Origin: Selaginella moellendorffii
Lineage: Eukaryota > Plantae > Lycopodiophyta
Reading direction: 5' to 3'
Assembly (NCBI RefSeq): GCF_000143415.4
Contig: NW_003314265.1
Location: 634,405 to 698,404, forward strand
Length of the DNA: 64,000 nucleotides
Position numbers and translations under genes: made by a program
Shown here: positions 49,440 through 63,143 of the stretch, in pieces
Layout of the letters: each line of letters starts with the position of its first letter
Position numbering within the stretch: position 1 is the stretch's first letter
The notes under the pieces: model-generated
Databases searched by the model: none
What the model saw: only the letters and a program-made list of their open reading frames with translations
Told to the model about the DNA's origin: nothing

Positions 49440-49700
49440 CGCCATATCCCTACACGCTGGCACTAAAACCCCAATGACGTGGCAGACTATACTTCGCCAC
49501 GTGGAACCCTTTCGGGCGATTTTACCCTAGCCAACGTCATAGCTCCAAAGGGCTAGGGCAGCAATTTTTTTTTTTGCCTTTGAGGGTAGAAGTTGCTGTT
49601 GTGGGTTTTGGCGAGGGCACTTAGTTGCCACAGCCCAAATGGTTTAGTAGACGAAGAGAAAAAAAGGCCCCCGCGGTATCAATCGTTTCAAATTTTTGAA
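49440..49700. promoter_or_regulatory. Compact bidirectional promoter between RPL24 and the PHD-BAH gene
   Basis: Head-to-head genes. G-box/ACGT motifs TGACGTGGCA (about 49475) and GCCACGTGG (about 49496), plus GCCCA site-II-like motifs. Confidence 0.5.
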
Positions 49701-50213
49701 AAAGAAGAGGCCCAAGAAGCCAGGGCGGGCGCCGCCGGGGCGGCCGAGGGCCGGGGGGCGAGGCGGCGGCGAGGCGGCGGCGTCGAGCGTGCGCGCCATG
49801 GCCGAATCGGGAGCTTCGCGATGAGGTAACCCGGGATTTCGTCGCTGCAGCGGCTGCCAGCATTGGGGAATTCCTGGTAGGGCACCGCTTGTTCTCGCAG
49901 GATTAGAGCGATTAGCGCTGGGAGAGGTGTGTGCTGCGTGAGCTTGGCTTTACCCTAGGCTGGCTGGCTACCCGCGAGCTCTCTCGTCACGCATTTTTTC
50001 GATGCTTCCACTTAGCTCAGATTTGTGAGGATGTTTGCTTTGTGTGGAGTTTTTCTTTTGTTTTCTTTTTCTTTGCTTAGAAGGTTTGGTGGAATGTTTT
50101 GGTTCATATATCTTCGTTTCTAAACAGTTTGGTCTTTTCTTCGTTTTGCAGGAACCAATTTTTCTTTGCAAGCCGCAAGCTCGTAGCTTCATTTTGAGTA
50201 GCTGAATTTAGCC

Positions 50214-52281
50214 ATGGAAAATCACTGCACAGGTCTCGACAACAAGAAGAAACTGGACGTGCTAAAGAAAGACAAGTCGCTACGTGACACGAGAATGGAC
50301 CCCGAAGAGCTCATCGACGCCGACGCGAGAGTTCCGAATGGGTTGCATTTGAAACACGGGAATGGGATCGTGGACAAGCAGGGAAGTCCTCAGCTGGTTG
50401 CACGGGTTTACAGCAGGAAACGAGCGCGAGATTCTCTAGTGGATGGTGGCTCGAAAAAGTCAAAGCAAAAGGTCGAGGAGAGGGTGAACCACATTCTTGG
50501 GAAGACTGCGGATGTAATTCTGGTGCTGGCCGGGCTATCACAGATGCGAGGTGGTAAGCCGCCAACGGAGATAGAAATGCAACTGGCGAATGACGCAGAA
50601 ACTAATTTAAGCGCCTTGGTTGCGAGGATATCACCAAGCAGTCTCCTGCCAAAGCAGTCACTCGACAGCATGATATCAACAATGGGATACCGGAAAACTG
50701 TCGAAGGGAGCATTGAGCCGGCTCCGCGGCCTCAAGAGGTAACGGAGTTTATCATTCGTTGTGCTCTTATCTCATTGACTTCCTTGCAGGATGCGAAAGT
50801 AAAAGTTGAAGGCGAAGATTCGGATTCGGACGATGACAGCTCCGAGGATGATGGAAATCAGCTTCAATCAGGTACCTTTTTTTTATATTGTATTTTCGTT
50901 GTTCTGTCGTTCTGAATCATCTGCTTAGCTTGGGATCCATTTAATGCAGCTCTCCTGACTTCCCCGAATGCTCTCTCGCTCGACGATGACGCGGATGCCG
51001 ACTTGAAACAATCTGACGACTACGACGAGATTGACGAGCAAGCACAGATGATTAGACACAAACAGCTTGTGACGCTGGTCCAACAGCTAAAGGCCGAGAG
51101 CTATGTACCCCAGCAGATGTGCGATGTCAGCAACGCCTACATGATGACGCTGGTACCGTGCGATCTCTGCCAGTGCATTGTGAGGGACACAGCGAGTGTG
51201 GTGGTCTGCGATGGCTGCGAGAAAGCTTTCCACTACAAGTGCGTACCATTTTGGGAGTATCCAAAAGGCGACTGGTCCTGTCCAAAGTGCAACGGAGTGA
51301 AGCCGAGATATGGACCCGTGAAGAAAGGCTCTGGGACGCCAAACAAAATGCCAATCAGGAAACCCGAAACTAAGCCTACGACTCCTCAGCAAACAGGAGC
51401 TACGTCGGCTAATGGTCCGAGTGACGCAACCAAGCAGCCGCAGCAGCAGAAGGCTCCATCGCAGGAAGTTATTGAGGCCATGGAAAAGCTGAAAGCTCAA
51501 GCTCAAGCCGCCCAGGTACAGGCTCAAGAAGCTCAAGCCGAAGCTCAGCAAGTAACGCCCCCAGCTCCGTCTCCGGCCGAAAACGCTGCGACTACAACCC
51601 AGCCCGACAACTCGGGCGGCCAAGTTTGCCTTCACGTCGATTGGGTTGGAGCTCCTACCAAGGTGGTGGACAAGCGAGTCTACTATAGCTCCTGCTGCGT
51701 TGGAGGCTGGACGTACAAGATAAAAGACTGCGCGCTGTTTCGTCCAGAGTCGCCCGAGATCCCACCTTACATTGCAAGGCTTCAGGTACTTCCAAGTTTT
51801 CATTTCTAGTTCTCGCTCAAGCTTAAGTTTTCCAGACTCTGTGGGAGGATCTCGAGTCTGGCGCAAAGTGGGTTCGCGTCAATTGGTGCTACTATCCAAA
51901 CGACATGCCAGCGATTGCGGGTCGACCAGATGACGCTGAGGCTGGCGAGGTAACTTGAGCATACATTCTTTTTAAAGATGACACACTCACTTCGTTGTTC
52001 TTGGATCAGGTGTATGAATCAAACCATTGCGATAACAATTTGGTTGGATCGATACAAGGTCCTTGCCAGGTGCTGGTTCCCCAAAAGTACGCGGAGGAGA
52101 CGGCCAGGCGCCAGAACCTCTTCCCGGCTGGTGCCGCTGACGAGCTCCCTCCAATCTTCCTTTGCAGGTAACTTGAAAGAAAGCCTGACTTTGTGTGCCT
52201 ATAACAAAGTTTCTTCCCGTCAGGTACACTTATAATGCTCAGAAGGGAGTGTTCCAGAAAGTCAATTGGATCGTAGAGTGA
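50214..52281 (+). CDS. PHD finger + C-terminal BAH domain chromatin protein (resembles the At3g20280/At1g50620 family)
   Basis: PHD CDLC..VVCDGCEKAFHYKC..WSCPKC; BAH DCALFRP..PPYIARLQ|TLWED..WVRVNWCYYP..EVYESNH; canonical introns. Confidence 0.88.
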
Positions 52282-52489
52282 GAGCGAATGTCGTGCCACG
52301 ATTTCTTCTTTTGTATGGCCACCTCTTTTTTGTAGTGGGGTGGAGATATACTTCCCAACGAAATATAAACAAATCGCTGATGTTTAGAAGCTTGAGCTTG
52401 AGGCAAATAAAATCGATACAATTACCAAAGACGCAAATCAAATTAGCCTCACTGTCATTCGTGTCAAGCTCACTCGTCTCCACGGTTGC

Positions 52490-53507
52490 CAAAATATAGT
52501 ACAGCTATCTGATATCGACTCGCGGTAGCTCTCCTTTGGAGCAGTCACCATTTTAAAGGCATCAGCTGCAAATGCGAAGCGCAGTAATGACCCAGGATTC
52601 TGAAAGAAAAAGAAAAGAAAAGAAAACCACATAGGAGTTGATGAAAATGAAAGCTTACCTGGGGAAGGAGGAAGAATAAGATGCTAACCGTATAAGAGAT
52701 CTCGATCAAGAACTTGTTTGGGCATGGTTCACAGATGGACCATCACGAATACCAGTAGTACCATCTGCCTTTAGCTCGAGGACTACCTGCTTAAACCAGT
52801 GTCAGCTGTGCGAGGAAACGATTGCAATAGCATCAACCTCCATCACAGCAAGACCATCCCTCACGGGAAGTGGAGTTGGAGCACGTACAGCTACAAGTGA
52901 TACACCAGCTAGTACAAAACCTGATGGCACGTCGCCTTTGGAATCGCTATCGGCTACAGTCTGCGTCTTTCCAAAGGGCGAACGGTGGTATCCTGATCAC
53001 AACAATTACCAGTGAAACAAAGACTCAAGCCAAGAAAAAGAACGTCCCCACCTATTGTAGAGAATTCCATCTCGAGAAAAGGTTTGTTCGCCGCCCTTGC
53101 ATCACAGTCGTGAACCGGAATTCATAGAGATCCGTTCGGCGAGCTTAGAATCTCTCCAAACGCGCCGGCATTCCATACCGCGGGCCAACACATGGCGTCG
53201 ATCGAGAACGTAGAAAGTCTACGAGAAGAAGTACACGCAGTCAAGAATAGTGAACGACGAGCACCACTTGGCAGAGCCGAGGGAAAAGAGTGTAAGACTC
53301 GCCCAGCCTCCTCTACAAGACACGGCAATGCATAGCTGCAGTAAGACAATGACGTGAAGCTCAAAGAAATCTTACCAGTCGGCTTCTGAACTGGCCGGAA
53401 ATCCACTTCATGGGTGGCCCGCCGATCATCCAGCGCGTTAGCGTGCTGCCGAGAAAACGCTGCTGGATCTTGTCGACATCGCGCGCCCGAGGAGAGCAAT
53501 GCGCCAT
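52490..53507 (-). pseudogene. Spliced gene-like region of unknown function, probably degenerate
   Basis: ATG near 53507 just after a telo-box; several GT-AG-bounded exons, but no stop-free spliced frame found by eye. Confidence 0.3.
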
Positions 53508-53783
53508 AAACCCTAGAAATCGTCCTGGGCAAAACCTTGTCAAACCACGCGGCAAAGTGTAGGGAATGGAATATTCTGTTAGATAGGCAGGGGGTAATCT
53601 TGAAAGGGCAGGGCATGGATTCTGCCGTTGGCCTGCGAGGGAGAGCTTGGCAGCGAGCGCTGCCGGATTGATCTAGGGTTTGCATTGCGAGCTCCGCGGT
53701 TCTTGACCTGGATTGGAGCGTTCTTGGATGGAAATACTGGAGTGAGGTAGAGGGTTTATTTTTGCGCGGCCTCTTCTTGCGGG

Positions 53784-55228
53784 ATGGTTGTGCTCGACAT
53801 CAAGCCCGGCAATCCAGGCCCAAGAATGAAGGGCCAGAGGGACCGATTGCTGGTCCAGAGATTGCGGATTCTCTTCTCCAATCACTCGTCCTATCACATC
53901 AAGCTGCTCGTCTTCGTGGTGATTCTCCTGTCCACGGCGCTGCTGGCGAGGCGCGCGTCCACTCTGGTGGGCTGGAAGCACAGATTGGAGGAGCCGCAGC
54001 GCGATGATCAAGATCTCAGGTAAGAGCACAAAAAATCTCTCTTGGCAGTGGGATCCAAGTGTTTGATGCGAAACTTTCGGGATTGGATATCCAGGCAGCG
54101 CTACACGGTGCTTGTCAACACCTGGAAGAGGGAGGATCTTCTCAAGAAATCCGTGGCGCACTACGCGTCGTGCAAGGGGGTGGACGCGTTCCGCGTCGTG
54201 TGGAGCGAGCCGGAGCCGCCCAGTGACGAGCTGCATTTGTCGCTGCTGGAAACCATCGCCAGGAGGCATCGGCGCGGATCCAGAGCTCCCGAGCTCCACT
54301 TTGATGTCAACCTCGAGGACAATCTCAACAACAGGTTTAAGCCCATCACTGGCCTCAACACCGACGCCGTCTTCTCCGTGGACGACGACGTCCTCGTCTC
54401 TTGCGACACCATGGAGCTTGCTTTCAACGTTTGGCTGAGCGCTAGAGACTCCATGGTCGGCTTTGTTCCTCGAATGCACTGGCTCCAATCTAAGGTACTT
54501 GGAAAAATTCCCTTCTTTTCCCAGTTCTTTGGAAACTTAGAACGAACAATAGGCTTAGGCTAGTTTCCAGTTCTTTTGCAAACTTAGAACAGTAAGCTTT
54601 GCTTCTTTTGGTATTTTCTTACAGTGGTTTTGCATTGCCGATTTCCAGGGCCAAACTCCGACGTATAGATACGGAGGGTGGTGGTCTGTATGGTGGACGG
54701 GATCATACAGCATGGTCCTCTCCAAGATCGCGTTTTTCCACAGCAAGTATTTGGAGCTCTACACTTACCAGATGCCTCAGAGCATCCGGAGCTACGTTGC
54801 CAACGAGAGGTTTGTTGCGTCACGTCTCTCGACCTCTTGCGTGGCAATTGTCTAGCTTTGTTTTGACGCCTTTCGTGACTTTCAACTCACAGGAACTGCG
54901 AGGACATCGCCATGTCCTTCCTCGTAGCAAACGTCACAAAGGCTCCACCAATCTGGGTTAAAGGTGCGTAAAATACGCACTGAACACCTGTGACGGATTC
55001 TAACTTGCTTGTCCGTCTTTGTTGGCCTGTGACGATGTCTAACACGTAGTGTGATTGCTTGTTCCAGGCCGCGTTGTAGAAATTGGCTCTTCTGGAATCA
55101 GCAGCTTGACCGGTCACAGCCACCGGAGATCCAGATGTTTAAACCATTTCGTGACTCTGTTTGAAGGCATGCCGCTCGTTCCCAGCAGCGTCAAGGCCGT
55201 GAATTCCAAGCGCGAGTGGTTCTGGTGA
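53784..55228 (+). CDS. EPC1: Glycosyltransferase family 64 (EPC1/GMT1-like, GIPC mannosyltransferase), type II membrane protein
   Basis: TM anchor, YTVLVNTWKR, NLNNRF, SVDDD (DxD), VGFVPRMHW, YSMVLSK, NCEDIAMSFLVAN, ending WFW*. Confidence 0.9.
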
Positions 55229-55421
55229 AGCGGATTTCGTATCTCTGGATTTTGTCTTTTTTGCTGTGTACGCAGTCTTAGTTCGCCGCAGTCACCGCTA
55301 TTGTATCAAAATCGATTCTTTATTCTTGTAAAGTCGAGTTGGTTCTTAAAAGAAAAAATGCATTTGGAAGGGGAAATATTAAAATTCGACATCCAAATGA
55401 TTAATCGTCACAAGCGGTCTG

Positions 55422-55512
55422 TGTGTCCTTCTGCATGTCCATGGTCACAATTTTCAAAGCCTTCGTCAAGTGTCCTTCTGTATGTCCAATGGTCACAATT
55501 TTCAAAGCCTTT
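55422..55512. repeat. About 42-bp direct duplication in the 3' flank of the GT64 gene
   Basis: gtgtccttctg(c/t)atgtcca(a)tggtcacaattttcaaagcctt occurs twice. Confidence 0.8.
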
Positions 55513-56023
55513 GAAAAGCTTCCACGTGTGTATCTAGTTTATATATAGAAGAAAATAGTAAAGATTGAATCCAAACCAAAATCCCACTCATAGATGTATA
55601 AAGTGTTTTAATTGTTGTATATATATAATTTTTAGAAGATCTAGTTAAACCTTATAAACTTAAAATCCCTTCTATTGAGCCTTTTAAACTAAAATATAAA
55701 TGGATAACATAATGTTAATTCATTTTCTCAACCTTGCATAGATTTTGGCTGAGAATACAACTTTAGTATCATCAGCTTATGACAATTATAAAAGTAACTT
55801 AACTCTATTAGCTGTAAAACCCTAAAAATTAAAAGTCACAATCAACAGCCACGATCAATAGTCATTTCTCTTCAATGGCAATTGCTTTCTAGATTCTAGT
55901 GATATGCTAATTTTTTTAATATTATTTTAATTTTGCAAATAGTAGGATATATTTATTGGACAAATCCACTATAAACAAAGATTTAACATATTCTTTATAA
56001 GAACATAATCAATCAATGTTTTG

Positions 56024-56407
56024 GATATTAAAATATGCGTAATTGATTGTGAGAGGAATAATATTTGCTGAGATGAATAGGGTTATAAAAGAGGCCCTAC
56101 AACTATAAAAGTTATAGTGTTGATAATTTATTCTCCCTTTCATCTCCATGCTTTTTTCCCTACAAAAAAGTTTTATTCTTTTGTGAGAAGTGTAGGCTCT
56201 AAGAGGTTGTTTACATGTGATAAAATGACATATGAATCAACCTCTTTGAGCCTAACTCTTTCTAAAATTCTTTTGCAGAGCATCAAAATGAGAGGGAAAA
56301 CAAGCTATTAGCATTATAACTTTGGGAATTGATTATCACCTCTTGCTCATAACCCCATTCATCTCAACAGTATTAATCCTCTTATAATCAATCACATAAT
56401 TAATATG
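56024..56407. mobile_element. MITE/foldback-like element with about 70-bp imperfect inverted repeats
   Basis: 56024-56096 (..gagaggaatataatatttgctgagatgaatagggttataaaagagg) is approximately the reverse complement of 56338-56407. Confidence 0.5.
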
Positions 56408-56599
56408 TATGGCTCTTTAAGATTCTCATATATCTCTAGATTTTAAATGGTTGTATATTTTGCTAAAATAATTAACTTGTTCTTTACAAAGACATAGCTA
56501 ATTAAAGCTCACAATATAGAAGAATATCTTTGTTCTTTCTTATCAGTTTCTCCCTAATTTTTTTTTAAGTGCTAGAGCAAGGAGAAGATATGAGAGAAT

Positions 56600-57820
56600 T
56601 CTCTTTGAAGTTTGATTAAGAGCCTTGAATTGAGTGTTATAAGAGAGGACTTAAAGCCATAATTAATTAGTTTGGAGAATGTATGTTGCAATAAAGGTAA
56701 TCAGGTCAAAAAATCTAGTATCAATTTTACAGGCAATTGTACAAAGAGTGAAGGATGAAGTTGTTATTCTTTTTACCAATGAAAATAAGCTTTTGGACAT
56801 ATCTCAAATAAAGAGGTGTATTCCTTTTAGATTAATTTTTGAAGTAGTGGATAAGGCATTTCAGCAATCTTGATCATTATAGCTAAAATTGAAGTAATTC
56901 CAGTACATGAGAGGTGAGGAACTTTTATCTTCCTACAATGGGAATATATTCTTTAAATTTCTATTGGCCAGCTTGATAAATAAGAAGAGGGGCATGGAAA
57001 TATGTCTTGATCCACATAATTAGTGCCATTGGCTAGGTTGATACTTCCCCATTTTGACAGATTAGTGTTTATAATCTTTCGTGGTGGATCAGTGAAAAAT
57101 GCATTTCTAATCATGGCAAGAATATGTGCTTCGAAGGCTCAATGATCAATCCCTTTAGGCATGATTAGTGGGTCACTCCCTATAGAAGGATGCAAGTCAA
57201 CAATGTGTTGAAGTGGATATGGTGACTCTATTGTGATCAATGACCATTAGTCTGGCTCAACTATTGAGTATACCAGCTAGTGTTCAATTGGAAAATGAAA
57301 CCATATAATGAGGAATCACATCCCATTAAAACAGGGGCAGAATTTTTATGGAGTGCACGTAAGTTTAGTGCATCTATGTAGGGTTGTGCATATGCTCCTG
57401 CCTATACATAGGACTTTATAGAGAGTGCAAGGGATGCCATTATGCACTTGCACTAGAATTGCTCCATTTGTGGTTGACACTGCACTGGAATTGGAACTTG
57501 CAAAATTGCTCAACCCTGTGGTTGATATTGCATTGGAATTGAAACTTGCATTGGAATTGCTCCACCTTGTGGTTGATGCTACATGAAATAGCCATCCCTG
57601 TGTTAGGCTTTGCATTTAAATTGCTCAACCTTGTGGCTGACACTACATTGGAATTGGAACTTGCATTGGAATTGCTCCACCCTATGGTTGACAAAAGCCA
57701 CCACAAAGATTTCCAATTGCAGCAATGCCCAAAGCCCATAAATTACGGTGGTACTCAATGGAACCTTCTGCTGCTCCACTTAACAAGCAGAAGGCCACCT
57801 CCAACCAGTCAGGGTTCATG
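56600..57820 (-). mobile_element. Very decayed retroelement relic (integrase-like and gag-like fragments) with a short tandem repeat at 57450-57690
   Basis: Reads such as HILAMIRNAFF..RKII and SILAIMIKIAEM resemble gypsy integrase; repeated GCATTGGAATTGGAACTT units. Confidence 0.3.
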
Positions 57821-57822
57821 CT

Positions 57823-60800
57823 TGTCGCGAATGTGACTTTGGGTATCGAAAGATACTTGTCGACCAGTCCTTACGGACACTCTTTCCTTACTGCCATGAT
57901 AGTAGAAGATCGGTACAGTTGGATCCCTTTAGTAGCCCCTCTTGTGCTAGTGGAGTTAATTGGGCATTTCGAGTGTACTTAGACCGGACGAGCATAAGGA
58001 CGGAATTCCTACGTGTTATTAGCTAAGCATACTTAGCCCGGTAAGGAGTTCCCATCTCGTTTTGTCTTGCACTTGCTAGTGACAAGAACCTTTGCATATT
58101 GAAACTAGTCCCTCAATATCGCTGGATGATAGCTTACCGTGTCTGCCAAACACCCTCGCTATCATGCCCTTTGTGTTAGTCTCATTTCGGTCCTATATGC
58201 TATTTATGGAAAGTGTCTAGATTCGCTCATTTGGCATATTTACGGAATGTAGAGATTGGCCTGAACACAATGGTGTTCGTCCCGTGTCCAAATTTGCAAT
58301 TTAAAGACATTCCATATTTAGTAAGTTTCGAGTTTGTCCCAAAGACTAACTCCTGGTACTAAGGGAGGCTTGGGGTGAAAGCCCAAAACGTATGTTCCTC
58401 AAGGGGGGGGGGGGGGGGGGGGGGGAGGTTCCAAATGGATAGTAGGGATAGTGGTTGGAATGCATGTCCGACCACCTGAGACATTAGTTTGGCTCCTGCT
58501 GGGCTGTGTCGCTCCTTGTTCTGTGTTCGGCTTGGGTCTAAGCCCAAGTTCCACGCTGCTCTAGTCGGTGGAGTACTCTCCTCCTCGTGTTAGGCCACCG
58601 GTATGCCAAAATTGTGCCAGACTCCGTTTGACACCATTTTGCGTGCAAGTGCTGGATACGGGGAGCTGGTGCTCGTGGGATTGTACCGGACCCTTGTTCG
58701 TAGCGCAATGGGCTTGGAGTTCGGCTCCAAATTCAAGTGCGCTACATTTGGTATCAGAGAAATTGTCTCAGCAATTCCTATCCAACTTTTGTCGGATTTT
58801 CTGACTCAAGTTGCATACGCAGAGACTTTTCTAGTAGATTCGAAGCGACCTGTGTAGGATTAGTTGGATTGCACCATTCGGTAAGAATGTTATATGCATG
58901 TTCAGTTACTGATAGAGGCATGCATGCAGCTAGCAGGATGGTGAAGAGGAACCGTGCTGATGACGCTGAAACCTCTAGACGGGCGAATCAAGAGGAGGAA
59001 ACTCCTGCTAGAGATCCTGCGGAAGAGGCAAAGGCTGAGTCAGAAGAGGAAGAGCTGGATGCTGCAGCGCTGCAGCGTACAGCTCAGGAAGTCGAGATCG
59101 AGAATTTGCGAAGGGAGATTCACAAATTGAAGAAGGAGAACAAGAAGAGGAAGAAAGAAGTTGAGGCAGCTAAACCAGCTAAGCCTAAGCAACGGGACTC
59201 CTCCTCAAGTTTTGAGGATGATGAAGTTTTGCAGCCGCCCCCGGTTGCACAAGTTTCAAAGTTCAAGCCCCTGAAACCACCCAACTTCAGAGGCATGCGG
59301 GACTATTAGGTTTTGGAAGACTGGGTCTACGATATGGAAAACTATTTCATAGCGGCAGACGTAGATGATCATACGAAAGTTGTGTATGCGCAATCCTTTT
59401 TCACCGATCATGCCAAAACTTGGTGGCACCAGGTGTGTGCTAAAAAAGAGAAGACTAGAAGTTGGACCAAGATGTGGTCTCATATCCGTAAGGAATACTT
59501 GCCGGATAATCTTGGTTTGAGACTTCACGCGGAGCTGTGGTGGTTAAAGCAGCGAGGGGATCTCATGCATTACGTTAATGCATTTGCTCAGAAGCACATT
59601 ATGATTGCAAATATGAGTGACAAAGATGCTCGGAGTTATTTCCTAGAGGGTTTAAGTTCACTTTCTCGTAATGAGATTTTGAAGTTTAAACTAAAGACGT
59701 ATCTGGAGTGTAAGGAGGCAGTGCAGCAAGTTGCCTTTAGTCACTCGCTCATGGAACAATATCAGCAATCGTATGCTGGTAACTCGGATAAGAATAAATT
59801 TTTTGAGAATAAACAAGGTGATCGGAAACAGAGGGTGGAAGGCAGGTTCTGCTCTGAAGGCTCAGAAGAAACGGTTAACAAAGGTGGTGGTGGTTGGAGA
59901 CCGCCAGCAGCTTCTTCTGGTCTTAGGCCCTCTGTTCCTCCTCCTGGTGGGTACAAGCAGCAGCAACCTACAAAACCTGCTCCTAGCGGAACGGGTAGTG
60001 TGGGTCATTGCTTCCATTGTGGAGAGTTGGAACTTAGGTCCTCGGAATGTCCCAACAAACATAAGACAAGGTGTCGGGTTAATGTCATAAGGGAAGACGG
60101 TGGTGTGAAGCTGTAGGGGTTGACGAGTTGGTCAATGCAGACTATGAGGAAGAAGAGGTGAGTAACTTTCGTTGCTTTCCTCAAGCTTTTCTTGCAGTCA
60201 ATGCAAACACTGATCCGTTGATGTATCTGGTAGGCTTTGTCCGTGGACACCGAATCTGAGTGATGATTAACACGGGAGCTACGCATAGCATGATATCCGA
60301 AGACTTAGTTAAGTTGTTAGGATTGAATGCTGAGCAAATGTCGCCTATGCACTTCCGGTTTGCAGAAGGTGGGCAAGTAGCCAGAAAGTTTGTGAGTGAT
60401 GTTCCAATAAAGATATCTAAGTGGAAAGAAAGAGTGGACTTGGTAGTGTTGAAGACACCAGATTTTCAGATGGTGTTTGGTATGGACTTCTTCAACAAAT
60501 ATATAAAAGGGATTTATGGTGCTGGATAAAGTCGTATCACATTGAAGTTAGAAGGATGTTCTGATGTATCCTTTCAGTTGTAAAAGCGTTCCTCAAAGGA
60601 TTGGGATGCAAAGTTCTTGACTGCAAGGGTGCTTAAAAAGCAGCTAAGAGGGGATGTCAAACCTTTTGGGTTCAAGTGATGGAAGCTAAGGGTGTTAATG
60701 ACTCAGTTCGAATCAGCGACGGGGTTGATCCTATACCAAAGAGGATATTGGAGTTGTTGGCGAGGAACCAGGATATCTTTCCGAAGGATTTGCCGCCAGG

Positions 60801-63143
60801 GCTACCTCCTAGCTGTGAGGTTGATCATCGGATTGAGGTTATTCCGGGTTCTAAACCACCTACGAAAGCTCCATATCGGTTGAACATCAAGGAGATGGCT
60901 GAACTCAAGAAGCAACTCACGGAGCTTCTTGACAAAGGTCATATCCGACCAAGCAAGTCACCTTATGGAGTGCTAGTCCTTTTTGTTATGAAAAAGGATG
61001 GAACCATGAGGATGTGTATTGACTATCGGGCACTCAACAAGATCATAGTTAAGAATAGTTATCATTTGCCTCGCATTGATGACTTGTTTAACCAACTCTT
61101 AAAGGCTAAGTATTTTACGCGACTTTATTTGCGGTTCGGGTATCATCAGATACGGGTGGTGGATCAGGATGTGGAGAAGATAGCCTTTAAGACTTGGTAC
61201 GGATCTTATGAGTTCCTTGTTATGCTGTTCGGGTTATGCAATGCTCCAGCAACATTCAGCACTATGATGGATAGAATATTTGGTGATTATTTGGACACAT
61301 TTGTTGTCCTTTATATCGACGATGTTCTAGTCTTCAGCGAAACGTTGGAGGATCATTTGAAACACTTGGAGCTGGTGTTCTAGAAGTTGCGCGAACATAA
61401 ACTGTATGCTAAGGAAAGTAAATGTGCTTTTGGTCAATTGCGCGTAAACTTTCTCGGACATATAGTTGGTGGTGGCGTGATTGAGGTCGATCCAAAGAAG
61501 GTGGAAGCGGTGAAGTCTTGGGAAGCCCCGACCATTATATCAGATGTTCGTTCCTTTCTCGGTTTGGCCGGATACTATCGTAAGTTTGTCCGCAATTTTG
61601 GAAGGATTGTTCTTCCGTTAACTGAGTTGATGAAGAATAATATTCCGTTTCATTGGACACCAGTTTGTCAGCGTGCTTTTGCACAGCTGAAGGAGATCTT
61701 GACTACGGTTCCTGTTCTTAGGATCCTAGATTTTGATAAACCCTTCGAAGTGCATTGTGATGCATTTGGCTATGCTATTGGTGCCGTGTTGCAGCAAGAT
61801 TGTGACAAAGTGGTTGGTGTTACGCTAAGGCAGCATGGTTGTCCCGTTGTGTTCTACTCCAAGAAATTGGATGAAACTCAACGAAGATGGCCAACGCATG
61901 AGAAAGAAATGTTTGCTATAGTGTCGGCCCTGGAACACTAGAGACACTACTTGGGTGGACATACTAAGGTTTATACGGATAGTAACACACTAAGTTACTT
62001 TGCAATGCAGCCTAAGCTTACGCCAATGCAGGCTCGTTGGCAAGAGAAGCTTGCTAGATATGATATTGAAATCATATATAAACCTGGTAAAGATAATATT
62101 GTTCCAGATGCATTGATGTAAGCTCCTGAGTTTGGACTTCCCGGGAGGTCACCCAGCCCAGTACTATTCAAACCCAAGGACGCTTAACCCCAAATATCCC
62201 AAAACCCTTAACCGATTGGAAAAGGGGGTGCACTTTTGTTGATGGGCCCTTTCCCTCTATATTTGAACCCTAACAGATCGTCTCTCGAATCGTTCCCTTT
62301 GGTTGCTTACAATCCACCACGCTTCCTTGCAAGTTCACGCCCTCGTGAACGGAAGCTGAGAGCCATAGCTCTCCCGAGAGCCCCACTCTCTTGACACCCT
62401 ACCCCTCGGGTCTAGCCCAGCAGGAGCAAATTGGACCAGCCAGATGTCAATCAACATGTGGTGTGATTCTTTTAGCCAACCAACAGAGTCGGACCCGAGA
62501 CCCTTCTGATACCAAATGTAAGTTCCTGAGTTTGGACTTCCCGGGAAGTCACCCAGCCCAGTACTATTCAAACCCAAGGACGCTTAACCCCAAATATCCC
62601 AAGACCCTTAACCGATTGGAAAAAGGGGTGCACTCTTGTTCATGGGCCCTTTCCCTCTATATTTGAACCCCAATGGATCATCTCTCGAATCGTTCCCTTT
62701 GGTTGCTTACAATTGAGTCATCAAGCTCAATTCCAGGCAATATCGGCAATCAGTTCGGACTACTTGGAGGACGTTCGGGCTTCATATGTAAGTGATCCAT
62801 TGGCGAAGTCAATCTTATGCCATGCGGGGTTGTTGAAGCAGAGCCCTGGTAGCGAAGCAGCAAAAGTTGTTAGTCGCACTAATGCAAAGCTTCACTTCTC
62901 AATTCGGGATGGGCTTATATTCTATAAGCAAGAAAGATTGTATCTTCCCTCTAAGGATCTGCAGCAGTTGGTTCTGCGGGAACATCATGATGTTCCGGCA
63001 GTGGGACATGGTGGGAAGCGAAAAACTCTGGCTTCATTGAAAAAGGGATTTTTCTGGTCTGGTATGGAAGGTGATGTAGCGGACCATGTTCGTTCTTGCC
63101 TTATATGCCAGCAATGTAAGCGCAGAACTGAGAAGTAGGTTGG
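57823..63143 (+). mobile_element. Ty3/gypsy (chromovirus-like) element C: 5' LTR 57823-58746, gag-pol pseudogene 58938-63138, interrupted in integrase
   Basis: TG..CA LTR followed by PBS TGGTATCAGAG; gag with CFHCGE knuckle relic; INTGATHS protease; YIDDVL RT; HCDAFGYAIG RNaseH; HDVPAVGH..CLICQ integrase. Confidence 0.9.
62117..62711 (-). mobile_element. Cassandra-type TRIM, second copy, inserted at the RNaseH end of element C
   Basis: 195-bp LTRs 62117-62311 and 62517-62711; PBS-Met; TSD ATTGA; same 5S-like segment. The host frame VPDAL|S is restored on removal. Confidence 0.92.

Noticed and set aside
51087-54488. Long antisense ORFs 51087..51866 and 53673..54488
   Set aside because: Shadows of the GC-rich PHD-BAH and GT64 coding exons.
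58403-58425. G23 run as a functional G-quadruplex
   Set aside because: A simple homopolymer in an LTR, of unreliable length, with no second LTR in the window for comparison.
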